DNA of 64,000 nt from Octopus sinensis (Eukaryota): the NCBI RefSeq assembly GCF_006345805.1, contig NC_043000.1:112220001-112284000 (forward strand), in the 5' to 3' direction. Positions 13,016-26,993 of the stretch are shown here, piece by piece. Position numbers and translations under genes: made by a program. The notes beneath the pieces are model-generated. The model was not told the origin of the DNA. It worked only from the letters and a program-made list of their open reading frames with translations, and did no database searches. The stretch's first letter is position 1; the number at the start of each line of letters is the position of its first letter.

Positions 13016-13090
13016 ATGGTGCCGCTATTGAGAAGAATAGGTTAGAGGAAAAACAAAGAGGTCACCCAATACGTTCAGTGAAGGTGTTTG
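13016..13090 (+). CDS. OSBPL1A: Putative alternative exon: diverged duplicate of the ORP EKNRLEEKQR exon
   Basis: ttctgtttcttgtag acceptor in the same phase (1) as exon 17195. Encodes (D)GAAIEKNRLEEKQRGHPIRSVKVF. Candidate donor G|gtaaat gives 75 nt, phase 1 to 1. Expression is not shown by the sequence. Confidence 0.6.
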
Positions 13091-14186
13091 GTAAATGTAA
13101 CCTCACTCATTTGTCTGGATGCTGCTGCCGCACTCACCACAGCACTGCTCTTGTCTCTCTCTCTTTCTCTCTCTCTTGTCTTCATCTTTTCTTCCTCCTC
13201 CTCTTCACTTCCTCCCTCCACCACTCTCCCTCTTACCAAACACATTAACTCCCACCACCACTGCTACACACACTCTCTCTATGTCTTACTCTCTCTCTCT
13301 CTGTATTTTCCCCTCCTCTCTCTATCTCTCTGTCTATCTGTCTGTCTTCAGTTCATCTCCATCGTCTGTAGATTTTGTTGTTCTTCGGTTCTTTTAGTTG
13401 ATTTAGTTTTATATTTTTGTTCCTTTCTGTCTTGTTTAGATGAAAGAAAAAAAAAGCCTCCCAGTTTCAGTTTGTTTCGTAGTGGTTTTTTACCAAACTT
13501 TATTGTTGTTGATGTTGTTTTTTTTTTTGCTTGTTTTCTTTTCTTCATTTCTAGAGCCTGCCTGGCTTAAGAAATGATATTGACATGATAATCTCAATGG
13601 ATTATCCTTACTGTAATCCATAGCATTCAATGAAAATGTTTTATAATTTATAGTGTTATTGAAAAAAAAACATGCTTTACTGAGTATTCCAATGAGCACC
13701 CCCACTGTTAATTAATAAACTAATGTTGTTGTTGTTGTTGTTCCAGTAGTTAAATAGACTTTGATCCGTTGTCCATTTTGTGTTGGTTGTAGAGTTTTGG
13801 TCTGCTGCCACAGCAGTGGCATAGATTAACACTGATTTGCTGACCCCGTGGTGGGATAGAGGCTAATCCATTTACTCTAACATTACTGAAATAAGCAAAT
13901 CAAAAATGAAATAAAAAAACACGCATGCAGTGGGTATATTAACATAGGTGTGTGTGTGTGCACCATCACCTTCACGTAAACAATGATTGTTAGAACACAG
14001 TCAAGACAAACAGAAATCTCTGTATCTGGTAATTAACAGCAATATATAGTGGTGTGTGTCATCATCATCGTTGTTTAACGTCCGCTTTCCATGCTGGCAT
14101 GGGTTGGATGCTTTGACTGAGAGCTGGTGAACTAGATGGCTGCACCAGGTTCCAATCTGTTCTGGCAAGGTTTCTACAGCTGGATG

Positions 14187-14225
<39 letters not shown>

Positions 14226-15769
14226 GATTATTATAATTTTGTATCTACATCCAGGGTTGGCAGCAATTGGTTTGGTCTTCGATATTAGAAATCTGTTTCC
14301 TATTCAATGCTCATAGATGAGTTGGAGAATTATGTCTCACTTGTACTTCTGTTTCCGCATGGTCCCTTGATGTCCTTAAGGCCACACACACGTGTTCTCC
14401 TTCATGTTGCGACCAATGTCTCTTGATGCACATTTGATTTTGCTATTTGTTCTGTTACTTGTTATACACAATATAGAACTGGCACACTCTGGCAGCTATG
14501 ACCACAAGTGTCCAGTTGATCTGGCTTGCTGGACTTCTCATGAAATTTATGTGCAAGTGGCTGAGTACTCCACAGATACATGCATAGCCTTAACATAGTT
14601 CTCAGGGAGAAGAAGCCTGACATGAAATGTGACAAGGCTGGCCCCTTTGAATTCCAGATACAACACATCTTTACCAGCTGAATGGAATTGAGCAAGGTGA
14701 AAATAAAGTGTCTTGCTGAAGGGCATACTGTGCTGCTGGGAATGGAACTTCTGACCTTTCAATCATGAACTGAATATCCTAAAATCACTAAGCCACGTGC
14801 TTTCACTGTGCATAATATACAGTCTGTTGGTGGTGGGGTTAACCAATACAAGGTGTATGTGCTTGTATGTATGCTGATACCCTGGTAAAGAAAGCCAGCA
14901 ACTGTCAGGGATTGAAATATTTACAGAATCTAACAAAGAAATTTTGTCTCTGTAACTGTTTTGGTTTTGTGTGTGTGCCACCATGAGGAGGTGTCAGAAA
15001 CATTATGACTCTGTCGTTTGCAGGGAATTCGATGAGTTTAACTAGGTTTTATTCATGAGAGGTGTGAAGATTTTGTGGCTATTTAACCCCAGGTTTGTTA
15101 TGATCCAACAAACCTATGATCAGATGCGATCCACCCTGGACCATCTTGTCCTTTATTCAGTTGTCGTGTATCTGGAACAACATTATATAATGTCATAGCT
15201 TTAGTAAGACTGGGTGGTATGAATTGAGGGATAGTTAGTTACTATTTTTTGTATGTTGATTGGCCTTATGGAGGCTGCCTCATTGGTTCTTGTGGGTACG
15301 ATTTATAAAGAGGTGCTTCTGATGTGGAAACGTTTGATGAGATCACTTATCTTCTCATTGCAAAAGACTTTTGAAGTCTATATTCAGGGCCTTACATCCT
15401 GTGCACAAAGATTTCAATGCAGAGGAGGGGGTACGGGGTGGAGCTGTCCTCTATGTAGATTTGGCTAGAAAAGACATGAGTTCCTGAAGGTCAGTAGAAC
15501 TCTTTAAACTTGGACATAACTTGTTTTACTATAGGTGAGAGATAGCCATAAGAGTCGGGAAGAACCTCATCACCACCACCATCATCACCATGATCACTTT
15601 CTATGATTAGATGCAAGTTTCTAATCCTATTGACAAGTGATGGCTGGAGAGGTGGAAGGCGTTTTTGCCAGAAGATTCTTTGGTCAAATGTAGAATATAA
15701 TACTGGTGACGAAAGGAATGCAGTAGTGTTGTATCACATTTGGGATATGGAGTTACTCTTTTACTTGTT

Positions 15770-16144
15770 TCAGCCATTTGACTGTGGTCATAGTGGAAGC
15801 ACCGCCTTTAGTCAAACAAACTGACCCCAGGACTTATTCTTCGTAAGCCTAGTACTGATTCTATCAGTCTCATTTGCCAAACTGCTAAGTTATAGGGGAC
15901 ATAGACACACCAACATCAGTTGTCAAGCGATGGTGGGGGGACAATCACAGAAACACAAACATATACACATATAAACACACACACACACATATATACGATG
16001 GGCTTCTTTCAGTTTCCATCTACCAAATCCACTCACAAGGCTTTGGTCATCCCAGGGCTGTAGTAGAAGACATTTACCCAAAGTGCCACGCAGTGGGACT
16101 GAACCTGGAACCATATGGTTGGTAAGCAAGCTACTTGCCACACA
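15770..16144 (-). mobile_element. SINE family A
   Basis: Reverse complement of the family A consensus. Confidence 0.85.
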
Positions 16145-17194
16145 CAAAGAAAAAAAGAAATCGTTGAAGTTATCCCCTTTGTTTTTTGGTTGTGTGTGTA
16201 TGTATCTGTGTGTAAACCATCATTTAGAGGGCGGTTTTAGCCACTAATTGTTTGAATAGTCTAATTTGATAACTGCATTACAGATGCAAGACCCAACTAG
16301 ATGTGTATTTAGTATAGAGAACATTCCCATATGGTATTTACCCCAGTCGTAATATTCACCACTTTTAGTCTTATCAAGTGAGTAGAATATGCTTTGCTGT
16401 GGAGGTTTAATAGCACCAAAACATGTTTGTTACCTTCCCCAGGTTGTTTTATAAACCAGATCCACTCCAATTTTTATTGTCTACAAAAATGTACAAAAAT
16501 TTCGACGTTTTCCATGAGAGTTATCTCCCTTGTTAATAGATTTGTCATACAAACTAATTGCTTGGGTGTTCGATGGCATAAAATACGCACAGGTTTGTTA
16601 GATGAACCCCAATTTCAGCTGCAGATATTCAAAATATCAGGGATAAAATTAGTTAATGGGACACCCAGGGTCATTTCTTTTTTCTAGACATTTTTTTAGA
16701 ACATAACTGCGTTTTATAAACCACAAAAGCAGGTAGATAATCTGGGTTGATCTGAATTGCTCGTCTCATTTTATTATGCGAGACCTTATCATGTTGAGGA
16801 TGCAGGCAATTCCCCGTGGTTGACAAACAGAATAAATTTGTATCTTTTTGAAATTTCTTTGAGTGCTAAGAGAGCAAGAAAGAGAGAAGCCCTGTTAAGG
16901 TGACTTTTGAGAGTGAGTCTGTATTGCATCTGTCTCTCTCACTAAGGGCATCTTCTATTGAGATTCATGTATTTTATCTCTTCCATCACTTCCTCACTGA
17001 AAGAAATATAGGGGTCAGCCCCTATTCTATCTGATTTATCAAATTCACTGCAAACACTTATTTCAATAAAAGGAGGGCATGGTTGTAAATTAAACGACAC
17101 CTGTTGTTGTTTGTAGTAAATCATTGTAATATTTAAAATGCTGCGATTACAGTTGTATCAGTTGACAAAATGTTTTTCTTTGTCTTCTCTGCAG

Positions 17195-17285
17195 ACACTG
17201 CTGCCATGGAGAAGAACCGGCTAGAAGAGAAACAAAGATCAGCTCGCCGAGAACGGAAGAAAAAGAAAGAAGAATGGACGCCTGT
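17195..17285 (+). CDS. OSBPL1A: ORP1/2 coding exon
   Basis: ttctctgcag acceptor and GT|gtaagt donor. Encodes (D)TAAMEKNRLEEKQRSARRERKKKKEEWTP(V), with the OSBP EK.RLEEKQR motif. Phase 1 to 2. Confidence 0.95.
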
Positions 17286-17871
17286 GTAAGTTGTCTTTGA
17301 CATTAGTTGTTTCTTAAACCATTTATTTGTTGACTAAGGATCTATTTAATCTGAAGGTTGTCCTCGTTATGTAAGCCTACGTTCAAAAGCCTACCAGCTG
17401 CAAGCATTTGTCTGTTTTTTTAAGCATAGTATTTCCTGGACTACATTGATCAGTGTATCCTTCCATTTGTTAAGATAATAGCGTATGGCTGGAAGGATTT
17501 ATGGCTCCTATATCTAGCAGGTCAAAAGACCACATAAAGATTTTTTATTGGCTCTTAAACTCATATTTTAGATTGGTACCAGTAATTAAAAATGGTAAAA
17601 ATACCTGAGCCACCACTGATCTAGTCCTCAATCCTGATTAATTAATCAGAAATGAGTATCTCACATTGAGTATCATCCAATAAGGGGACCTTTATTTATT
17701 TTCCTGATTTCTATCAGCTGTATCTAGAAGGCCTGTTTATAACTGAAATCACAATTTCACTTCACTGGACAGCTGATGAGGTTTTCAATACAGTGTGAGT
17801 TGTTAAATTTGGATTTTAAATTATTCCTTTGTGAGAAAATACCTCCCAGAAAAAATAGAGTATAAAAGATT

Positions 17872-18110
17872 CAAACTGCCCACAGGTTAAGAGCACAAGC
17901 TACTAACCCCAAGATTCCGAGTTCAATTTCAAGCAGTGACCTGAATAATAATATCGAAAAATACCTTAGGAATGAGAATCCAGGTTTGAAATTTCCCCAA
18001 GACACCTGATGAAGGCTGGAGGGTATATCAGCCGAAACATTAACAACAAACAAGATGAGGACAAATATCCGTCAAATGTAAATAATGTACATAATGCCTC
18101 ATCTCTTAAA
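17872..18110 (+). mobile_element. SINE family C copy (best-preserved hammerhead-like core, 18001-18041)
   Basis: GACAC-CTGATGA-A-GGCTG-GAGGGTATAT-CAGCC-GAAA-CATT. Confidence 0.8.
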
Positions 18111-18432
18111 TATAGAGCAGAAATAATTGGTATTTTGGAGAAACCTGTGAAGGAAGGGAAGATATCAAACATAAAGATAATGCTAAAAACAACCATTTGT
18201 AAGCATCTGCAAGGCTGAGAGAAATCAACCTTGTAAATTGTTACAATTGAAAAAAAAAAATGAAGTAGGAACTTAAGATAGCATGATTGAGCCATCCAAA
18301 AAGAATCACAGAAGGCTGGGATTTGTTTTATTTTATTTTAAGATAAAGTGCTGGAGTGTGCATAGGATTCCTAAGACCATGTTATGGTGATGATTGTTTC
18401 AGTAGCAAGTGGAATCATTTCAGCTATGTATA

Positions 18433-18968
18433 TGAGGTGTGATCAAATGGTATCATGACTGTTACTATAGTGACAAAGCTAAAGTATGCAGAGTGAAGCC
18501 ACTTGGCACAGATTGACCTTGAACTCTATTGTGCATGCACACTGAGATATGATGTCCTCACTCGCTTCTAGCAGTGCTTGGAAATAAAGTGTGTAGAATG
18601 TGGTCATGTTGAAAAGATTCAATTTCATCATCTTTGCAGAACCACCTTGCGTTGTGGAAGATGAAGACTTTTTGAAAATGGTCGTAAGAGGTGAAAAATT
18701 ACGAGTCTATGTCTGTGAAATCAAGGCTCAGTCTTTACAGTGTAAGATCCTTCACAAGAATTCATTGAGAAAATCCAAGAAAATGGAACATGGCGGCTGT
18801 TCAATATCCCTAAAATAAAAGGAGTTCCAGGAATGCTTCCATCAATGGAAACACTGCTGGATAAAGTGTGTGGCTGCAGGAGACAACTCAAAAGAGATTA
18901 AATGCCAAATTGTGGTTGTAGTTTTTCTATTTACAGCACAAGTCCCTATACTTTTTGATCAGACTTTG
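18433..18968 (+). mobile_element. Internally deleted mariner element
   Basis: TA-flanked imperfect TIRs (TGAGGTGTGATCAAA / TTTGATCAGACTTTG). Degenerate transposase remnants FLKMVVRGEKLRVY (compare FL..IITGDE.WVY) and FQECFHQWKHCWIKCV. Confidence 0.7.
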
Positions 18969-19711
18969 TACATTGGTTTTGTAGATGCAAATTATGTAAA
19001 TCTTAATAATGATAAATGAATTCATGAATTAAATTACCACCAGTAACTTTAACAAGCCTCCTGATGAGTTGAGAGGTTTATTCATGACTTTAATAAATCA
19101 GTGTTTGAACTTATGTAATTTCTACCTGTACAAACCAACGTGCACCTGGCCAAAACGACTCCACTTGCTTCTGAAACAATTGTCGCCTTTAATAAAGTCA
19201 TAATACCACCATCTTCAATCTGTTTAATAGATATATATCAGAGATGTACTGCCTAGGTAGGCAATGCCTTCCTTGAATAAATAGATCGATAGTGACATTT
19301 TCCTTTTATGGCAAAATATGCATAAATTCAATAAAATTATGAAGGTTACTCTGATTACTATATGTAAAATGTTTTGTTCTTTTGTAGATTAGGTAGGCAT
19401 AATTCACCCCTGCCTTTCAGTCTCAGTATTAAAGCTACGCATACGACTGCTGTAGTACACATGCTGCATACATTCTCTTTGTGCTATAACGGCATTAGTA
19501 AATCTGCCTCCAACTCAGTCGTCCGCCTGTGTTTCACTTATTTTTTGTGTTGTACTACATAAAGGTCACCAACTGCCTACCCTGGGTACTTACTGATGGC
19601 ACATATCTGATATATATTTTTTTTCAGCAGACCACTGCAGAATGTAGTACAACTCTATAAATATTCAGCACAACCCTCACCCTCATTTCAGTCTTTTTCT
19701 CTGTATTTCAG

Positions 19712-19814
19712 ATGGTTCCACTATGGTACCCACCCGACCACTGGTAAAGAAGACTGGCTTTTCAACAAAGACTATTGGCAGCGTGATTGGTCAAGATGTC
19801 CAGATATATTCTGA
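19712..19814 (+). CDS. OSBPL1A: ORP1/2 terminal coding exon
   Basis: tatttcag acceptor, phase 2. Encodes WFHYGTHPTTGKEDWLFNKDYWQRDWSRCPDIF*, matching the ORP1/2 C-terminus WF..G..P.TG..DW....DY..R....CPDIY. TGA at 19812-19814. Confidence 0.95.
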
Positions 19815-22665
19815 CCATCCCTCATTCTTCATTCTCCATCTTTTCAATTTAGTCTAATGTTTATTCAATAACAGTTCAATATGCAAATTGATTTCCACTG
19901 AAGGAACGACCATTGTTTTGTCTTCTTTGGTTGGTGGGTACAGTGCAGATTGCATCAACATGTGGGCCCACACTGCACAGTTGCAACATGTCTGTTGTTT
20001 TCCACATGTTGCAGTGGAGTTTACTGCACAAGATTGTCAGCCCACCCTGCTATTGTACCCCACCCCATCTCTTACTTGGACTTGAAACACATCACCACAT
20101 ATGCACTGTACAGATATTGAAACGTAATTTGGTGAGTTAATGATGGTTATTTAATTAGCAACACAGTGGATGCATCACTCAGTGGACACAATTCACAACA
20201 CACACACACACTTGTTGCTGTATTTTTAACACACACAAAAATGCAACACAGAAAGAAAAAACTTAATACATTGTATAGAGTATATAATTTTGTCGGAAAA
20301 TATTTCAGTGAACATACATACATATATATATATATACATATATATACATATACATATACATATATATATATATAATTAGCAGAAGTGACTTAAGGACCAA
20401 GAATTTCATGCATTGGTCATTATTTAAATCTCTGGACCCCTGAGTTACATTGTAACTTCTGCTAATTAAGCCTTGTGTATATATATATATATACTCATGT
20501 TTTGAGTTCTGCTTTCCTGTTTGTAACACCAAACATATATAGACACACATATATGTGCACATTTCTATACAAAAGTATATAAAATTAATCTGCATATATG
20601 TGTACACAAACACACACAATTGCAAATACAGACACGAAACAGTTCAACTAGAGAATCCCCTTAACACTAATGAATTGTAAATTGAATTAATGAAGGCAGT
20701 TTTTCTGTCATGCACACACAGACAATAAAATTTAGTTTTTTATGTTTTGTAGCTACCAAAAATTATATTTTACAAAATTTTGGAAAAAATACAGACATAC
20801 ACATATGCATATTACATGCATACATGTGTGTGTGTGTATATATAAACTATATATGTGCATGAATGTGTTGATATAAATATGCATATATGCCTGCTTGTAC
20901 ATATATGAGTGGTGTGTGGGTATATATATACACACACACACAGACGTACACACTTCCACATCACGGTTCCAAATAATTATTTTTATCTTTGAAACAAACC
21001 AAAAAGTAAAACCTATTTTTTTTCCTTCATAATATTTTCTTCACTGTTAACTGACACTTTGTCCTATCTTTTCTCACAAACACAGGTTGATAGGTTGGTC
21101 CTCTCTTCTGCAAGCTCTCACTGAGCCCACATATTTCCCTTTTTGTCCAGATTCAATTCCCAAACCTTTTTCTCTACCAATTAATTCCTCTTTTTCTCTT
21201 TTTTTTCCCCCCTTCTTATATATTTTTGCTGGAACTGAAGGTCACTGCCGAAAGGTCATTGCCCCACTCATGCTCTCCTCAGCTCACACAACAGTGCATT
21301 CACAAGATCATTCCTGTCAAATTTTTTGTGGGGGGGGCAGGGAAAGAGTGTTCTGTCCCCATCCCACCCACTCCCAATTTGTTTCACTAACCTCTAACCC
21401 CCAGTTATATATACTTAAGTTATTTGTTACATTGCTGTGTTGGGGATCAAAGTGGGGTTACCGTATTGGTTTAATTATGTTTCATACCTTATAACCAGGG
21501 GCTGAATTCCTGAAAGACTTTGCAAAATATAGTGTTGTACTTCCATTGACCCATCAAAAAAAAGAAACCTTGCCATGGGTCAGCTTTGCCTTTCATCCCT
21601 CGCAGGGGCTTGATTAAGCAAGCAAACATGGAAATACCAGTAATATATTAGGTCGTAATAATCACAAACACATTTTCACACCAGTTTTCAATTGTTGCTT
21701 GCCCTTCAGTTTGTTCTTTAAGAAAAATAAATTTATGCCTCCATCAAATAGATAGAAAAAAAAAATCGATTTTGTTAATGTTTTGCTGAAAGATCAACCA
21801 CCTAATTGTTATATACACACACACAGATATATATATATATGAATATGTCTGTATATTTTATTAATAATCTGCAGAAGTGACTGAAGAGCCAAGAATTGTG
21901 TGGGTTTGTTAAGTGCTAGCACAAAACTCTAGGCCCCTGAGTCACTGTAATTTCTGCTTGGTTACTATATATACACACAGTTGTGTGTGTGTGTGTATAT
22001 ACACATGCAGTTATGAGTGTGTTTATATATATACATACATACATACATACAAACACATACAGTACCATACTAATGTAGCCAGTTGAAGGTTTAGTCATTT
22101 GGTGTTCAGATTCTTCTGACAAATCCAATGCTTGTCGAGTTTCATTATTTTGAAGTTATGATGCGTTATCTCATAGTTGTGAGATTTTGCTGATGTAATT
22201 GTTCCTTTTTAGAATGGCATTGTAGGGTAAGTTTGAGAGGCCAGATCTAGCCAGTTTGAACAAAAAAAACATATTTGGACTTAATATGGGTCAGTTAAAG
22301 GGTCAAACAGACATGTGAAGCTTTTGCATTCAGTTACGATTCGGGCTTTTGACCTCCAATGACCCAATTAGTTGACGAGCTTCCTAGCACTGTCTTTGGC
22401 CAGTTTGTGGTTATTACGTTGGTATTTAGTACCTTAGTAGCATTTGCTTAGGTAGATGGAACCATACTTTCATGCCATCCTAAGACCTTCATGTCTAACT
22501 GAATGTGGCATTTGTATATAACTTATTATATAAATACATTTAGCTCGTACAAAAGATATGCATTTGTGTGTGTGTTACAATATGTGAATATGTATGTACA
22601 TAAGTGTATGATGTACATGTATCTTTGTGTATGTCTATGTATACACACAAGTATATATATACATA

Positions 22666-22958
22666 CAAAAATTAGAAAAACCACCTTTTATCAATTCAAA
22701 ATGAACAATAAAATTACACCATCTAGAAAATTACATATAATAGAAGTATTAAAATTACAATAATATACTGATGATTAAGTAAATTGCAAAATAATAAAAA
22801 CATATATATACGTTTTTATTATTATTATTTTGCAATTTACATAATCATTGGTATATTATTGTGATTTTATTTTTTATATTTCTATTGTATGTAATTTTCT
22901 AGATTGTGTAATTTTATTGTTCATTTTGAATTGATAAAAACTAGTTTTTTCGATTTTT
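22666..22958. repeat. AT-rich fold-back palindrome (MITE-like)
   Basis: TTTTATCAATTCAAAATGAACAATAAAATTACAC is mirrored by GTGTAATTTTATTGTTCATTTTGAATTGATAAAA. Arms are about 130 bp. Confidence 0.8.
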
Positions 22959-25188
22959 TATATATTATATTTTGTGAAATTTGATTTAGTATTTCTAAAT
23001 TGAATTATCCCTGTAAGTTAGGAATAATATTCCCTCAAATTGTTATTATATATATATATATATGCATATTTGTATGTGTGTATGTATGTATGTATATATA
23101 TATATATGCATATTTGTATGTGTGTATATATATTGCATAGGCGATCTTTTATGCTTAATATAAATATGTATTATCAATAGTGTTTGTGTGTATGTGTGTG
23201 GGGGAGAATTCCCCCACCATTTATCACCTGTTGAAATCTCCTTCCCTTGAAACACATTCTTATGTTTTACAATAATCTCAACTAGAATTTAATGTCAGAA
23301 GGCAAGCCGTCTTTTTGATTCTTAGACAAAATTCACTCACTTTTGCCTTACAAGTTGTACTCTTACACCGGAATCTGTACTAATTCCAGTTGTTTCTCAC
23401 CCACTTTACACCTGAGTGTTGAACCATTTAATCAGCCTGAAACTAGTAGCCCTCACCTTTAATGGAGCTTTTTCTGTGTAGAGCTGCAGTACAATAGAAA
23501 GTAATGATTGTCTCAACACTGCATATGAACCCCTTCCTCTTTCCTTACACCCTGTGTAAATATCTAAATACAATCAATTATTTGAGCACCTGTAGGATAG
23601 AAGAAAGAAAGAAAAAAAAGGGTAAAGAATTTTAATTTCTATGACACCCTTTTTTATGTCCAATTCAATTAAAAGTATTTCATAACAAATTGTATTTTTC
23701 TCTCCTTCCCCTACCTCCTCTGATTGGCGTAAATCCAAAATCTAGTCTGAGGAATTACTCCAAAACAAAAGTTTGCCTTGCCTTTCTTGCAAGAAACCAT
23801 CAAATCATTGGTAGAATGAAGAATTTGTCACTTTTTCTTTTTTTAATTCTTTTTGGATGTTTGTGCAAGTGTGAGTAAAGTGTGTGTTTTTGAACAAGTC
23901 CAAAGAATTGCTCACCATTCAAGCATTCATTTTTTGGCCTTATCAATTTGTTTCTTCATTCTAGTATCACCACCACCACCAATTACTAATTACCAGCAAT
24001 CACTGAACTTTAGACTAAAAATTTTTTTTTAAATTTTTGGCAGGAAGAACATCTTCCATTTTTGTAGAACTTTTCATTTTGCAAATTTAATTGCAAGAAA
24101 AAATATCGGAAAAAAAAATAACAAGACAAGTTGTATAGATTGGCATATCTAAAAGTTTGATTGGAATAAACAAATTCAAAGCAATTGATGTTTAGTTTTT
24201 TTTTTTATGTATTTACGTTTATAACGATATCTGTTTGTGTTATTGTTTAGCTGTCAGTCCTTATTGAGCAAACTTGTGTGAAAAGATGTTCCAGCCATGG
24301 CCATCCCATCTTTTTTCCAAGGCACACTGTATGTATGTGAGTGTATGTATCTTATTATAGACTAAGGGGCTTTCTGGTAATTGCTCCAGTTATTTCATTC
24401 AGAGTCTTTATTGTGACCTAAGCATAATACAATTTAGTTAGACTGTCTAACGCTACATAACACCCAACTCGCCAGGCAACCAAATTAACGATTTGATTTA
24501 TCAACAAATGAAGTCTAATCAGAATTACCAATATTTAAGAAATCGAAGGTGGGTGTGTCTGCAACCGGCCAATCAAGAGGGGTGGATGGTAGAATAAAGT
24601 CATAAATATAAGGACAGTTAAAGGCGCCAATAAACCTAAAGTCATGAAGCTTTGCGACCTCATCCACAAAGGCCAAAGGTCACTAAACTTACTTGAATCT
24701 AGCAGATAGTAGGAACCAAGCATGACGTCTGATCCCCATCAAAACATGTTCAAAGGCAGCTGCCAATGTGGCTCAAAGGAAAAAGAGACATTTACTGTAT
24801 AATATTACTTTAAAGTCAGCATTCGTTGTTTCATACTCTTAATTTTTATAAGAGTTCCAAAAGAATATTATTGAACGACAAGTATACTGGCATCATTTAA
24901 TGGAAATCCAGCTAATAATCCTTTCTACTCTAGGCACAAGGCCTGGAATTTGAGTGTGGGTGGATAGTCGATCACATCGACCCCAGTATGCAACTGGGGC
25001 TTAATTTATCGACCCCAAAAAGGATGAAAGGCAAAGTCAGCCTCAGCGGAATTTGCACTTGGAACGTAGTGACAGGAGATCCAGCTAACAATGCAGGGAG
25101 AATAACTCAGAACAAAACTGCAGCTGAGCTAGGTTCTCTGCAGAATTCTGGAAGAAGGAAAAGAAAGAAAAAGATAAATCACTTACAG

Positions 25189-25556
25189 AGGCGTAGGAGT
25201 GGCTGTGTGGTAAGTAGCTTGCTTCTCAAACACATGGGTCCGGGTTCAGTCCCACTGCGTGGCACCTTGGGCAAGTGTCTTCTACTATAGCCTCAGGCCA
25301 ACCAAAGCATTGTGAGTGGATTTGGTAGACGGAAACTGAAAGAAGCCTGTCGTATATATATGTGTGTGTGTGTGTATGTTTTTGTGTCTGTGTTTGTCCC
25401 CCCCAACATCGCTTGACAATCAATGCTTGTGTGTTTACGTCCCCGTAATTTATCAGTTCCACAAAAGAGACCAATAGAATAAGTCCTGGAGTTGATTTGC
25501 TCGACTAAAAGGCAGTGCTCAAGCATGGCCAGTCAAATGACTGAAACAAGTAAGAG
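25189..25556 (+). mobile_element. SINE family A
   Basis: Full head, body and tail. Confidence 0.88.
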
Positions 25557-26158
25557 AGAGGAAGAGGTACAAGACTGAGAGGAACATGGTATTGGCAAGA
25601 ATGAAGAAATGAACATCCTAGAATAATAATAATAATGATGAGAGTTTAGCCCACACGGTATGTAGATGTCAGTTACTTAGCTGCAAAGAATCTGTCAGTT
25701 GAAAGACCAGAGCTTAACTGAGAAAGAAAAGCAGAACTGATAAACAAGGATGAGCCAAAAGGCATTAACTTAATGTTTATAACAACCAAAGTTGCCACAA
25801 ATTATTTCGAATAAAGTAAGTTAATTAAAATTGTACTGGCACAATAGATAGAACATTACCGAGTGATTTGAAAATATTGGGATTATACAGTTCTATATTT
25901 AAGAGATGAGGAATTATTTACAAATAACCGTAAAATGTAAATAATGTAATTATTGGGATTAACAAGACAATGTTTAAATGAGTTTATAAAAATTGTAAGA
26001 GTTACGGAGGCCCTGATATGTGCTAAATAGTGTCAAGAGAGTTTATAAAATAATAAATTATAAAGAATTAGGTGTGTAACAAGAGAGGATGACATAGTTA
26101 TTAAAGATAACCCAGTGCTAGAAGTAAACTGGAAAAAAGTTATTAAATATAAATTATA

Positions 26159-26566
26159 GGCGCAGGAGTGGCTGTGGTAAGTAGCTTGGTTACCAACCAC
26201 ATGGCTCCGGGTTCATTCCCACTGCGAGGCACCTTGGGCAAGTGTCGTCTACTATAGCCTTGGTCCAACCAAAGCCTTGTGAGTGGATTTGGTAGACGGA
26301 AACTGAAGGAAGCCCATCGTGTGTGTGTGTATATATATGTGTGTGTGTGTATGTATGTTTGTGTGTCTGTTTGTCCCCCCCCCCAACATCGCTTGACAAC
26401 CGATGCTAGTGTGTTTACATCCCCGTAACTTAGCTGTTCGGCAAAAAAGAAGCCAATAGAATAAGTACTAGGCTTACAAAGAATAAGTCTTGGGGTTGAT
26501 TTGCTCAACTAAAGGCGGTGCTCCAGCATGGCCACAGTCAAATGACTGAAACAAGTAAAAGAATAT
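26159..26566 (+). mobile_element. SINE family A
   Basis: Full head, body and tail. Confidence 0.88.
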
Positions 26567-26811
26567 AAATAATATGATGAATATATATAAATAACAATCA
26601 TCGACAATCCTCAGTGTGTGTCATGAGAACCAAGGGTTATTTGAATATGATCAGTTACAACCATAATGATATAGAGGTATGGCTCGGCAGCAAAGATCAA
26701 TCCTGTCACTGGTGATGAAGGTATGGACCCCAGGTTTCTAGATATGGAGCCAGCCTTTGGAAAAGTCCTATAGAAGTATAACCTTTTAGTTTGTTCAATT
26801 TATTAATAACA

Positions 26812-26993
26812 TAGGTGCAAGAGTGGCTGTGTGGTAAGTAGCTTGCTTACCAACTACATGGGTCTGCGTTCAGTCCCACTGCGTGGCACCTTGGGCAAGT
26901 ATCTTCTACTGTAGCCTCAGGCTGACCAAAGCCTTGTGGGTGGATTTGGTAAACGGAAACTAAAAGAAGCCCGTCGTGTATATGTATATATAT
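26812..26993 (+). mobile_element. SINE family A, 5' half (interrupted in its microsatellite)
   Basis: Head through AAGAAGCCCGTCGT followed by (TA)n. The 3' half resumes at about 33446. Confidence 0.85.

Noticed and set aside
13091-13249. Transmembrane tail from read-through of the duplicated exon
   Set aside because: The hydrophobic stretch comes from (CT)n/(CTT)n low-complexity sequence, so there is no support without transcripts.
24560-24615. CCAAT plus TATA-like promoter (GGCCAATCA...CATAAATATAAG)
   Set aside because: No downstream exon, ORF or paired LTR was found, and such motifs arise by chance in AT-rich DNA.
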